A stretch of 24,000 bases of DNA from Blastocatellia bacterium (GTDB taxonomy: Bacteria; Acidobacteriota; Blastocatellia; UBA7656), in contig DATENM010000145.1 in NCBI GenBank assembly GCA_035275065.1, positions 89,851-113,850 of the forward strand, given 5' to 3'. Below the pieces are notes generated by a model. The model was not told the origin of the DNA and did not search any database. It was given only the letters and a program-made list of their open reading frames with translations. The stretch's first letter is position 1; each line of letters opens with the position of its first letter. The position numbers and the translations under genes were made by a program. Below are positions 1 through 9,864 of this stretch, piece after piece.

Positions 1-2
1 GA

Positions 3-1457
3 CTAACTCTTGGTCTCGGGGCCGGCGGGCTTGGCTTCTTCCTTCACCAGGTCGCCGTCCTTCAAGTTGCGTAGCGTCTTGTAGGGACCGATGATGATCC
101 GCTCGCCTTCCTTCGGGCCGGTCTTCAGCTCGATCTCCTGATCGCCCTTGATCCCCGTAGTGACTTCGACAAAGCGCGCCTTGCCGTTGTCGTAGATGAA
201 GACGCCCTCGACCTCTTTCTTCTTTGCGGGCCCGTCGGCGGGCGGCTGCGGTTGCGCTTGCGGCTCGGCGGCTTTGTCCTTCGGCAGCTCGCGCGGCACG
301 ATGGCTTGCAGCGGCACGGTGGTGACGTTTTCAACCATCGCCGTCGTAATCGTCGCGGTTGCAGACATGCCCGGACGCAGCTTGTTGCGAACTTCTTCGT
401 TGGGGCTCAGCTTGATCTTGACGAGGAAATCTTTCGCCTCTTGCGAGTTGGCGTTCGAGGCGATGGTCTGTCCCGACTTGGTGATGGCCGAAGCGCCTTT
501 CTCGATGACTTCGCCGTCGATCTCCTGCTCGCCGAGCGCGTCAACCTTGACCTTGACCTTCTGCCCTAACTGCACGTCGGCGATGTCTGTCTCGTCAACG
601 TGAATTTCGGTGTTGATCTGCGACATATCGGCGACCGTCAGCAGCGGCGTTGTCGAAAAACTCGCCAGGGCGTATTCGCCGACCTTGACCGGCAGGCTCG
701 AAACGACGCCGTCAATCGGCGAAAAGCGCGTCGTCTTCTTCAACTGATCGGCCTGCTGCGCCAGTGTCGCCTGCCCCTGCTTGACGCGCTGCTCTGAGGA
801 GTTCAAAGCCGCCTCGGCGCGGTTGACCGCCAGCTCGGAGTCTTTGACCTGCACCTTGATCTGGTTGATGCGCGCCTGCTGCGCGTTGACCGAGGCGCGC
901 GCCTGGTCGTAGCGCGATTTCACCGACTCGAATTGCGACTTATTGATGACGCCCTTCTCGACCAACTCTTGATTGCGCTTGTACTCGCTTTCGGCATAAC
1001 GGAGGTCGGCTTGCAAGCGTTCAAGCTCGGCCTCGGCAGCGCCGAGACTGGCCTTCGACTGGTTGACGTTGTTGCGCGCCTGGTCGAGAGCGACCTGCTG
1101 GTTCTGCACGTCGGACTGCGTGACGCGGACGCTGGCTTCGCCCGCCGTGACCGCGAAGCTCGATTGCGTCGGGTCAACTTTGACGAGCGGCTGACCCTTC
1201 TTGACGGTCTGTCCCTCGGTGACGTAGATGGCTTCGACGCGGCCCGGCACCTCTGCGGTCAGGTTGTAAATATGTACCGGGCGAATCTCGCCCGACGCCG
1301 TGACCTTCGAGATCAATTGCGTGCGGCGCTCGATCTTGCCGACCTGCACCGGCTCGCCGTCGCGTTTCTTAAAGACTCTCGATAAAGCAATGATGGTAAT
1401 GAGTCCGACGACCACCAGCACAATGATGACGGTCTTTTTCCTACGATTGAGTGCCAT
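3..1457 (-). CDS. Efflux transporter periplasmic adaptor subunit (HlyD/MacA-type membrane fusion protein)
   Basis: Complete 484-aa ORF with TAG stop at 3-5. N-terminal basic stretch plus TM anchor (MALNRRKKTVIIVLVVVGLITIIAL). Lipoyl-like motif (TAEVPGRVEAIYVTEGQTVKKGQPLVKVD). Long Q/A/E-rich coiled-coil hairpin, then beta-barrel and membrane-proximal region. GGAGGA Shine-Dalgarno (complement of 1470-1475) lies 12 nt upstream of the ATG. The partner pump gene would lie beyond the left window edge. Confidence 0.85.
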   Translation of the reverse strand: MALNRRKKTVIIVLVVVGLITIIALSRVFKKRDGEPVQVGKIERRTQLISKVTASGEIRPVHIYNLTAEVPGRVEAIYVTEGQTVKKGQPLVKVDPTQSSFAVTAGEASVRVTQSDVQNQQVALDQARNNVNQSKASLGAAEAELERLQADLRYAESEYKRNQELVEKGVINKSQFESVKSRYDQARASVNAQQARINQIKVQVKDSELAVNRAEAALNSSEQRVKQGQATLAQQADQLKKTTRFSPIDGVVSSLPVKVGEYALASFSTTPLLTVADMSQINTEIHVDETDIADVQLGQKVKVKVDALGEQEIDGEVIEKGASAITKSGQTIASNANSQEAKDFLVKIKLSPNEEVRNKLRPGMSATATITTAMVENVTTVPLQAIVPRELPKDKAAEPQAQPQPPADGPAKKKEVEGVFIYDNGKARFVEVTTGIKGDQEIELKTGPKEGERIIIGPYKTLRNLKDGDLVKEEAKPAGPETKS

Positions 1458-1709
1458 AAGAAGGGTCTGTCCTCCGAATTGAATTACGATTATCTAACCG
1501 ACTCGTATTACGCCCTTGTTTTGCTTGAGGTTTCAAGAATCTTGTCGCAGTGATACCGACTTAGCGATGATTTTAAGCGCCCGCTTGGCATCGGCCCAAA
1601 GGCAACCGGCTAAAGCCAGATTTTAGCCCTCTATTCACCGCCATGTCAAAAAGCCGGAGCGGCTGGCCTTTGTCATTTTGCTCATTACAAAGAGCGGATC
1701 GCTTGTGCT

Positions 1710-3506
1710 ATGCTTGTTAACCGCTATATGGATGAAGTGACAAGAAATATAGAAAACGCCTGCTCGGTATGTGGGGCGACAGACAATGAGCCGGGGGCGC
1801 ATTTTTGCCAGGTCTGTGGCGCGAAGCTCGGCTCATCTTTGACCGCGCCGATTCCGCCACCGGCACCCGCCGAACCGGGCAAAATCATCGCTTCGCGCTT
1901 TAAGATTCAATTGCTGCTGTGGACGGCGCCAACCTATAACGCCTATTCGGCGACGGCGCTGGACGCTTCCGGCACGAATTACACTATTGTCGAGCGCCGC
2001 CTGACCGATGACGACGCGCTGACCGGGCTGTCGCCTGTGAATGCCGCCGCCGGCAGCGCCGCGGGCCGCACCTCCGGCAGCCTCGAAGAGGCCGGCGCCG
2101 CCTTCGAGCGCTTCGGCCTGTTCAAGCCTTTCGAGCATACGGTCGAAGGCGAAGCCGCTTACCTGGTTTTCGAAGAGATTCACGGCCAGGCCGTCGCCCA
2201 CATCGATCAAGTGGACGAGAAGACGGCGCGCGCTATCGGCGTCCAGCTCTGCACGCTGGCCGAGCAATTCCACCGCAATGGCTGGGTCTTCAACGGCTTC
2301 GAGCCGTACAGCGTCTTCATCGATCAAGCAATGAAGGTGCGGCTGGTCGGATTTGAGCGGGCGCGACAGATGCTGTCGGCAGTCGCCGACGCGCCGATCT
2401 ATCCGAGCCGCGGCTTTACCGCGCCCGAACTGTTTGAAGATGATGCCGTCTACGACGTGCGTTCGGACGTTTACGCCATCGGGGCGCTGCTGCAATTCAT
2501 GCTGACCGGCGAGAGCTTGAGCGGCGAAGAGGCCAGTTGCCTTTACCCTGTGGCGACGGTCTTCCCGAACTTTGAGCGGTTGTTGACGCGGGCGCTCGCG
2601 GATCAGCCGCAGGCGCGCTTTCAGAGCGCCGCAGAGTTCCGCACGGCGCTCAACGACCTGAACCTCCCGGTTGTGCTGCAATCCGGCCACTTCACGGATG
2701 TCGGGCTGGTGCGCGAGCTGAACGAAGACAGCATCCTGGCGCTCAACCTGACGCAGTATTACGAGTCTGTGCAGACGCAGATCGGCATCTATGTCGTCTC
2801 TGACGGCATGGGCGGCGAGGCGGCGGGCGAGGTCGCTTCGCGGGTTTCGGTGCGCGCCGTCGCCGAGTGGATGACCGACAAGCTGATCTCCGCGAGCTTG
2901 CGCTCGACCCACGAAGAGAAGATCGCCGCGCCGACGCAGACCGGCGGCCTGCGCCTGGCCATCGCCGACGGCAACGAGATGGCGACGACCGAAATGTTGC
3001 GGCAGGCGGTGGTCCATGCCAACCGCGAAGTCCTGGCCTACGCGCGCGCCAACCCCGACGAGCGCGGCCTGGGAGCCACCTTGACCGTCGCCATGCTGGT
3101 CGGCGAAGTCCTGAGCATCGCGCACGTCGGCGACAGCCGCTGTTACCTGCTCAACGGCGAAAAATTCGAGCAGCTCACCGAAGACCATTCGCTGGTCCAA
3201 CGCATGGTCAATACCGGCAACCTGACGCGCAGCGAGGCGCGCATTCACCCCTACCGCAATGTCATTTACCGCTCGATAGGCGCCGACGATCAGATCGAAA
3301 TTGATATCATCCGCCGCAAGCTGGTGAGCGGCGACACCCTGCTGCTGTGCAGCGATGGTCTGAACGGCATGCTGGGCGATGATCACATCCGCGACATCCT
3401 CATGGTCAACCCCGACCCGTACGCCGCCGCCAAAGAGCTGGTTGTCGCCGCCAACGCCGCCGGCGGCGAAGACAATACCTCGGTCATCGTCGTGCGCCTA
3501 TCCTAA
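1710..3506 (+). CDS. Zinc-ribbon / pseudokinase / PP2C-family Ser/Thr phosphatase fusion protein
   Basis: 598-aa ORF. N-terminus has CSVCG..x10..CQVCG (zinc ribbon). The middle has a protein-kinase-like fold with retained APE and SDVYAIG motifs but no Gly-rich loop; HRDLKPxN is replaced by FNGFEPYS and DFG by GFE. The C-terminus has all PP2C motifs (VSDGMGG, GATLT, AHVGDSRCYLL, LTEDHS, LLLCSDGL, GGEDNTSVIVV). No TM segment seen. Alternative ATG at 1728. Confidence 0.85.
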   Translation: MLVNRYMDEVTRNIENACSVCGATDNEPGAHFCQVCGAKLGSSLTAPIPPPAPAEPGKIIASRFKIQLLLWTAPTYNAYSATALDASGTNYTIVERRLTDDDALTGLSPVNAAAGSAAGRTSGSLEEAGAAFERFGLFKPFEHTVEGEAAYLVFEEIHGQAVAHIDQVDEKTARAIGVQLCTLAEQFHRNGWVFNGFEPYSVFIDQAMKVRLVGFERARQMLSAVADAPIYPSRGFTAPELFEDDAVYDVRSDVYAIGALLQFMLTGESLSGEEASCLYPVATVFPNFERLLTRALADQPQARFQSAAEFRTALNDLNLPVVLQSGHFTDVGLVRELNEDSILALNLTQYYESVQTQIGIYVVSDGMGGEAAGEVASRVSVRAVAEWMTDKLISASLRSTHEEKIAAPTQTGGLRLAIADGNEMATTEMLRQAVVHANREVLAYARANPDERGLGATLTVAMLVGEVLSIAHVGDSRCYLLNGEKFEQLTEDHSLVQRMVNTGNLTRSEARIHPYRNVIYRSIGADDQIEIDIIRRKLVSGDTLLLCSDGLNGMLGDDHIRDILMVNPDPYAAAKELVVAANAAGGEDNTSVIVVRLS

Positions 3507-3599
3507 AAGGAGTCAGGAGTCAGAAGACAGAATGGAAGAGGAAGTCGGCTCCGCCTCCGGTTTTTATTCTGACTCCTGACTTCTGACTCCTGACTCCTT
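3507..3599. repeat. Inverted repeat built from tandem heptanucleotides (AGTCAGG/AGTCAGA units); long stem-loop immediately after the stop codon of the upstream gene
   Basis: 3507-3526 (aaggagtcaggagtcagaag) is the perfect reverse complement of 3580-3599 (cttctgactcctgactcctt), giving a 20-bp stem and a 53-nt loop. The left arm holds 3 heptamer units and the right arm 4 units in inverse orientation. The loop contains a T5 run (3561-3565). The element starts 1 nt after the TAA at 3504-3506. Confidence 0.85.
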
Positions 3600-3825
3600 G
3601 CTTTGACAAGTTTTGTCAGGCGGCCTTCCAGAATCCGTTACCCTCTCCGGCCTAGAGTTTTCAGCCGGCTTTATTTCCAGGCCGGTTATGCTACCCCAAT
3701 TGGGCCTTGGCGATGGCACGAGCATTGCTCCTTGTCGCGGCGTAGCTTCTTTGAAAAGCGCAACGAGTGAGGTCAAGGGGGCGACGTCGCTCGCTGTTTT
3801 GTAACAGAGGCTACGCAGCAGAATT

Positions 3826-3876
3826 GCAGGCTGTCGTGCCGGGATGACGGGGGCCATGCCGGCCACGACAGCCTGC
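3826..3876 (+). other. GC-rich stem-loop in the non-coding region upstream of the small ORF/rpoD (possible terminator or leader structure)
   Basis: gcaggctgtcgtg (3826-3838) pairs perfectly with cacgacagcctgc (3864-3876), a 13-bp stem. Inner ccgg/ccgg pairing extends it with one bulged C. It is followed by ttgattct, only a weak U-tract. Confidence 0.3.
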
Positions 3877-3947
3877 TTGATTCTGTGACCCACCCTGCGC
3901 CCAGGGTTTTAGAATTCCCATTCCGCAAACATTAAGGACACGAAGCG

Positions 3948-4229
3948 ATGCCAAGACATCAACACCTCATCGAAGAAGTGGGCGAGCTTGACCGACTGAT
4001 TTCAGTCATTGCGAGCGAAGTTGAATCCGAGCGCGCCGGCGACGGTCACGCCGAAGCCTTGCTGCGCGAGATGGAAGAGGCGCTCACCGAATTGCGCCTG
4101 GCGCGCGGCGTCCGCCTGATGTGGCTGAATGCCCAGGGCGAAGCACTGCCGACCGGAGCCGTACGCCGCAATGCCGGCGGCGCCATCAGCGTCGGCGGTT
4201 GGACGCGGGCTGGCCAGCGGGTCGCCTAA
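3948..4229 (+). CDS. Hypothetical small protein (93 aa)
   Basis: ATG preceded by AAGGA 8 nt upstream. Codon usage (GC3-rich, gaa/gag/ctg/gcc) resembles neighbouring genes. Predicted helical acidic N-terminal half. No recognisable motif. Lies 66 nt upstream of rpoD on the same strand. Confidence 0.45.
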   Translation: MPRHQHLIEEVGELDRLISVIASEVESERAGDGHAEALLREMEEALTELRLARGVRLMWLNAQGEALPTGAVRRNAGGAISVGGWTRAGQRVA

Positions 4230-4295
4230 ACTCAGTCTTAACGCCGCGCTGCAAAGCCGATCATCAGCCATTCTATCGCGCAGGGGAGATTCATC

Positions 4296-5987
<1,692 letters not shown>

Positions 5988-6015
5988 TCGGCGGATCATT
6001 AAAGCACCGAACCTC

Positions 6016-6067
6016 AAAACGGCTGAATCGAAGCTTGCACCGGCAAGCGATTCGATTCAGCCGTTTT
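6016..6067. terminator. Bidirectional rho-independent terminator between convergent rpoD and the zinc-ribbon protein gene
   Basis: aaaacggctgaatcga (6016-6031) pairs with tcgattcagccgtttt (6052-6067). Inner stem gcttgc/gcaagc (6033-6038 / 6043-6048) with loop accg. A4 on the left and T4 on the right give a U-tract in both orientations. The minus-strand TGA stop (6067-6069) abuts the stem. Confidence 0.8.
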
Positions 6068-7014
6068 CATTGGGCGCGAAAGCTCAGGTTGCGGGTTGCC
6101 GATAGGAACATCAGGCGGGAATAGCGCTCGAACTGGTCGCGGTTGTCTGTGGTCAGGCTCGACATCGCGACGGGCCGGTAGGTGATGCCTTTGCGTTTCA
6201 CGCCGCGCGCTTCGTTGTGGCTGCGCTCGGGCCAGGCGCGCGCGAGCAAGCGCCGTAGACGGGCGAAATCTTCGTCAACGAGGACTTGCGGCGCTGCTTT
6301 TTCGAGCGCGCGCAGGGCCGCGCGAAAATTAAGCTCGGTGCGAAATGACAGCGGCGCGACCAGCCCCGAATAATCGAAGCCGTCGGCGCGCAAGCGAAAG
6401 CTCTCTTCAAGCGAGCCGCCATAGACATCAAGCACGGCTTCGTCCGAGCGAAACTCTGCCGTCTCTAACACGCTCGCCGATTGCGTGCGCATGCCGCGCA
6501 GTCCTTCCGAATAATCTACGCGGTTCTGGCGCAGCGAGCCGACGACGATCACCCGCAGGGCTGATGCGGGAATGGTCAACACGCCGCCGCTGTGCTGTAC
6601 GACGACTTCATTATTTTTAATCTCAATGTGTCGGGCGCGGATCAATTCGCGCTCGACGGCCAGCTCTTCATCAGCAACGACGAATGCCGCCAGCCCGCAA
6701 TCGCGCACCAGGGCGGCAATCATTTCGGCCTCCTGCCGCGTCAGTGACCGCGCGATGGGCAATCGCTTGTTAGCCGCAACCATCTCGCTGGCCTCGCCGC
6801 TTTCAACCTTGAGCGCGGCGGCGAGCGCGGCGATGGCGGTTTCGCCGGCGGCCAGTCGCGGCGGTTCGAGAATCGTGTTGAAGGCGAGCTCGGCGGCGTC
6901 GAGGTTGCGTTGCGGCGGCGCGCTGGTCAGCTTGCTGATCGGCAGGGTCTCGCCGCAGTAAATGCAAGTGCCGCGCGCTGCCGCCGTGCGCCGCCGGCAA
7001 CGTGGGCAGTTCAT
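6067..7014 (-). CDS. Zinc-ribbon domain protein of unknown function (315 aa)
   Basis: The track ORF 6067..7632 is trimmed to the ATG at 7014-7012 (MNCPRCRR..x10..CIYCG, a zinc ribbon), because the upstream 206 codons run antisense through the 7105 gene and its promoter region and look non-protein-like. No motif recognised in the rest. A GTG one codon upstream is an alternative start. Confidence 0.65.
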   Translation of the reverse strand: MNCPRCRRRTAAARGTCIYCGETLPISKLTSAPPQRNLDAAELAFNTILEPPRLAAGETAIAALAAALKVESGEASEMVAANKRLPIARSLTRQEAEMIAALVRDCGLAAFVVADEELAVERELIRARHIEIKNNEVVVQHSGGVLTIPASALRVIVVGSLRQNRVDYSEGLRGMRTQSASVLETAEFRSDEAVLDVYGGSLEESFRLRADGFDYSGLVAPLSFRTELNFRAALRALEKAAPQVLVDEDFARLRRLLARAWPERSHNEARGVKRKGITYRPVAMSSLTTDNRDQFERYSRLMFLSATRNLSFRAQ

Positions 7015-7050
7015 CACATCTTGATTCAAGGCTTTCTCGCTTTCACTTTT

Positions 7051-7080
7051 TTGAGTCGGTGGGGCTGCGGCGATTATAGC
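7051..7080 (+). promoter_or_regulatory. Candidate sigma-70-type promoter for the 7105 gene
   Basis: TTGAGT (7051-7056), 18-nt spacer, TATAGC (7075-7080), about 25 nt upstream of the ATG at 7105. Same architecture as the candidate pgsA promoter (TTGACA-N18-TATAGT). Pattern match only. Confidence 0.3.
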
Positions 7081-7104
7081 ACAGCCGTGATAAGATGCGC
7101 TTGA

Positions 7105-8883
7105 ATGAATCTGCGCGACTGGCTCACTCGAAAGAACCTGATCATTACCGCCGTCATCCTCGGGGTGCTTGTCGCAACCGCCTGCTACTTCGCTTTGCGC
7201 AGGCCGCAGCCTGTGGAGATGGAGCGTTATGTTGCGGCGTCGTCGCTTGCCTATCTCGAAATCAATAACCTCGCGGATGTCGCCGATGGCTTGACTGGCA
7301 CACGGGCCTGGCGCGAGCTGGGGCCGGCGCTCGGGCTGTCGAGCCAGCTCCGACAGATTGGCTTGATGGCCGACCTCGTCGGGCGCACAGGACTCGGCCC
7401 CGAAGAAGTGGTGCTGGCGGGCCGCGCTCAATTGGCGCTGGCGCTCACCGATGTTGAAGCGCAGACCGGGCAGACTGACGAAGGGCCGTACCTGCACTTC
7501 AAGCCGCGACTGGCGTTGATTATCGAGACCCACGCCCGCCCGGCAACCGCCGCGCGTCTGGTCAACGACCGCGCCATCATCGTCGCGCAAAGAATCTATG
7601 GCATGACGGTGGCCCAGGAAGAAGGGGAGCACCAGGGCACGCGGCTGCTCATCTTTCGCGGCGCGAACCCCGACCGGCCACTGGTGGCGGCGGCGCTCGG
7701 CTCAGTCATCGTGTTGACCAATCACCTTGAAGCCATGAAGGCGACGCTCGACACGATTGCCGGGCGCGCGCCGGCGCTCGCCGAAGACCCAACGCTTGCG
7801 CGGCTCAAGCCCGATATGGCCGCGGGCGCAGCCGTCACTGCCTTTATTACCGAAACCGGCATCAACAAACTGATCGCCTTGTTGCCGCCGCTGGCCGCCA
7901 GTCGCTATGCCGCGGAACCCGAAACCGTCGCCTCCTTCACCGGCCTGCTTGAGCATATGGCCAGTCAGGCGGTTGCCGGCTTGCTCTACAGCGCCGAATT
8001 CAAGGACGGCGGCGTCGTGGATCGCTATCTCACGGCGTTGAAGCCGGGCATCGGCGAAGCCCTGACCGAAGCGCTGAAACCGGCACAGGGAGCCGGTTTC
8101 AAGTCACCGCAATTGATCCCCCGCAGTGCTGAAGAAGTGACGCTGCTGAACATCGAGCGCGCCGGCGAATTGCCTGAGCGCGCCCTGAAACAGCTCGCGC
8201 CCCACGTTGATATTGTCGCCGGCCTCGCCCTGCGCGAGTTCGTCATCAACCTGCGTAAGCAATACGGTATTGAAGGCGGCGAGTCGGTCGGCGATGCCAT
8301 CGGCCATGAAATCACCCTGATCAATCTCGGCGACGGCGGCTCGCAAGCCATGCTTTTGAGCGTCAAGGATAAAGACCGGCTCGCGCCCTTCATCACGCGC
8401 TACCTGACGCGCGGCGATGCGAAGATCACGACTGACAGTGTCGGCGGCACAGAGCTGCGCCTGTCGTCGAATGAAGATGGCCGCGCCGCCGCTTTCATCG
8501 GCAGCTATCTGGTGCTGGCGACCCAACCACAGATCACACAGTTGCTGGAGGCGCAAGGTGCCGGCAGTGTGGTGGCCGCGGATGAAAGACTGCAAACGGC
8601 GATGGCGCTGCGTCCGCCGGGCACTTCAATCGTTTCACTGAAGCCGGCAGACCGGCGGGCCGGCGAGCTGTTGCTCGCCGTTTCAAGGCTGACTCGCGTG
8701 ACCGATGGCTCGCGCGAGCTGTTGGAGCAAGAGCAGGTTCGCAGAGCTTTGGACGGCCTGCCGCCGACCGTCGGCTTTACAGAGTTCCGAGCCTATGGCA
8801 TCTACAACGAAACGCGCTCGGCCATCGGCAACTTCGGCTTGCTGGCATCGCTGGTCGGCGGCGGCGGGGACGCCGAGAAATGA
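7105..8883 (+). CDS. Membrane-anchored protein of unknown function, DUF3352-like
   Basis: 592 aa. N-terminal signal-anchor (LIITAVILGVLVATACYFAL). The mature part opens with a pattern I associate with DUF3352 proteins (..YVAASSLAYLEINNLADV.., later GLGPEEVVLAGRAQLALALTDVE). Family assignment is from memory, not from a search. Confidence 0.8.
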   Translation: MNLRDWLTRKNLIITAVILGVLVATACYFALRRPQPVEMERYVAASSLAYLEINNLADVADGLTGTRAWRELGPALGLSSQLRQIGLMADLVGRTGLGPEEVVLAGRAQLALALTDVEAQTGQTDEGPYLHFKPRLALIIETHARPATAARLVNDRAIIVAQRIYGMTVAQEEGEHQGTRLLIFRGANPDRPLVAAALGSVIVLTNHLEAMKATLDTIAGRAPALAEDPTLARLKPDMAAGAAVTAFITETGINKLIALLPPLAASRYAAEPETVASFTGLLEHMASQAVAGLLYSAEFKDGGVVDRYLTALKPGIGEALTEALKPAQGAGFKSPQLIPRSAEEVTLLNIERAGELPERALKQLAPHVDIVAGLALREFVINLRKQYGIEGGESVGDAIGHEITLINLGDGGSQAMLLSVKDKDRLAPFITRYLTRGDAKITTDSVGGTELRLSSNEDGRAAAFIGSYLVLATQPQITQLLEAQGAGSVVAADERLQTAMALRPPGTSIVSLKPADRRAGELLLAVSRLTRVTDGSRELLEQEQVRRALDGLPPTVGFTEFRAYGIYNETRSAIGNFGLLASLVGGGGDAEK

Positions 8884-8985
8884 GCAGGCGTGATTGCCGC
8901 CGATGCTGCCCGTAGTAGCCACATTGTCGGTTGAGTGGAGGCGAGACTAAGGTTGACGAGACGGAGGGCTTCGATAGGCGAGCGG

Positions 8986-9771
8986 CTATTGCCGGCGGCC
9001 TTCAGCCTTGACGGTCTCGGCGGGGAGGCCCGTGGTGGTTTTGCGGCGGCGGCGGCGCAGGATACGCACCCTGCGGCGCTCGCGCACTTCGATGCGGTCG
9101 CGCACCTTGCCATAGAACTTGGTGAAGTAGTCAACCATTGACCAGAGCGCGAAGAAGACGACGACCCACAACATCGCCCTGCCCGCGCCATAACAGAGGA
9201 CGCGGAAATCATCGAGCGTGATCGCTCGATTACTAATGACCGCGCCCAGCGTGCGCGCCGATTCCGAGAACGAGGCGAAGGCGATTTCGGGCTGCACGTG
9301 TGGCGGCGGTTGCAAGCCGGACGGGCCGCCCGGCACGCTGCCGGAGATCAACAGGGTGATGGCGATCACCTGCGTCAGCATTTTGAACTTGCCCTTCATC
9401 GAGGCGCTGATGGTGAAGCCTTCAGCCGAGGCAATCGAGCGCAATCCGGTGACGGCGAATTCGCGGCCGATGATGATGACGATGGCCCAGGCCGGGGCGA
9501 TGCGGTTTTCGACCAGTGAGATCAGCGCCGCCGAGATCAACAGCTTATCGGCGATGGGGTCGAGCAGGATGCCGAGCGTTGATACCTGGCCGCGCTTGCG
9601 GGCGAGGTAGCCGTCGAGCCAGTCGGTGATCGACGCGCCGACAAACAGCGCCAGCCCGAGGAACTGTTGCGGTACGTCGAACCAGTCGCTGGGGAACTTC
9701 GTCAGCAAGACGACGACCAGCAGCGGGACGATGAAGATTCTGGAGAGCGTGAGCGCGTTCGGCAGATTCAA
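8986..9771 (-). CDS. pgsA: CDP-diacylglycerol--glycerol-3-phosphate 3-phosphatidyltransferase (CDP-alcohol phosphatidyltransferase family)
   Basis: CDP-alcohol transferase motif DWLDGYLARKRGQVSTLGILLDPIADKL (D-x2-DG-x2-AR...G-x3-D-x3-D). Start moved to the TTG at 9771-9769, giving the canonical N-terminus (M)NLPNALTLSRI with AGGGA 8 nt upstream. The track start at 9894 is the TTG of a TTGACA -35-like hexamer. 261 aa, with an internal insertion and a very basic C-terminal tail. Confidence 0.85.
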   Translation of the reverse strand: MNLPNALTLSRIFIVPLLVVVLLTKFPSDWFDVPQQFLGLALFVGASITDWLDGYLARKRGQVSTLGILLDPIADKLLISAALISLVENRIAPAWAIVIIIGREFAVTGLRSIASAEGFTISASMKGKFKMLTQVIAITLLISGSVPGGPSGLQPPPHVQPEIAFASFSESARTLGAVISNRAITLDDFRVLCYGAGRAMLWVVVFFALWSMVDYFTKFYGKVRDRIEVRERRRVRILRRRRRKTTTGLPAETVKAEGRRQ

Positions 9772-9864
9772 GCGACTTATCCCTGAGCCGGTTTCGCGGG
9801 CACGAAAACCAACCGTGATTCGATTAAAATTAACGCGAGCAGCACATCTTTTGTTGGCAAGTTG

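Noticed and set aside
1833-3386. 517-aa ORF antisense to the PP2C fusion gene. Similar long antisense or off-frame ORFs occur at 4002..4826, 15759..16754, 18027..18734, 19035..20384, 20442..21392 and 22854..23840.
   Set aside because: They are Arg/Ala/Gly/Gln-rich low-complexity translations typical of the reverse frame of GC3-biased genes. Each is fully nested in a sense gene with clear family motifs, and none shows a motif or start context.
3603-3634. Consensus TTGACA -35 hexamer at 3603-3608 as a promoter
   Set aside because: The sequence at 17-18 nt spacing (ttccag) is not -10-like, and the nearest A/T-rich hexamer (cagaat) is 20 nt away. It is kept only as part of the structured-region finding.
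3564-3893. 109-aa minus-strand ORF and 63-66-aa plus-strand ORFs (3379..3579, 3613..3804) in the intergenic region
   Set aside because: They start or end inside the heptamer-repeat hairpin. They have no SD, atypical composition, and lower GC3 than real genes in the window.
7015-7632. N-terminal 206 codons of the track ORF 6067..7632 (-)
   Set aside because: This part overlaps the 7105 (+) gene antisense and crosses its promoter region. Its composition is junk-like. A clean zinc-ribbon N-terminus begins at the ATG at 7014.
9040-9062. (GCG)n / (GGC)n trinucleotide runs here and at about 8855-8870
   Set aside because: These are short runs that simply encode poly-Arg (pgsA tail) or poly-Gly. 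Such runs are expected in GC-rich coding DNA and are not a distinct repeat element.
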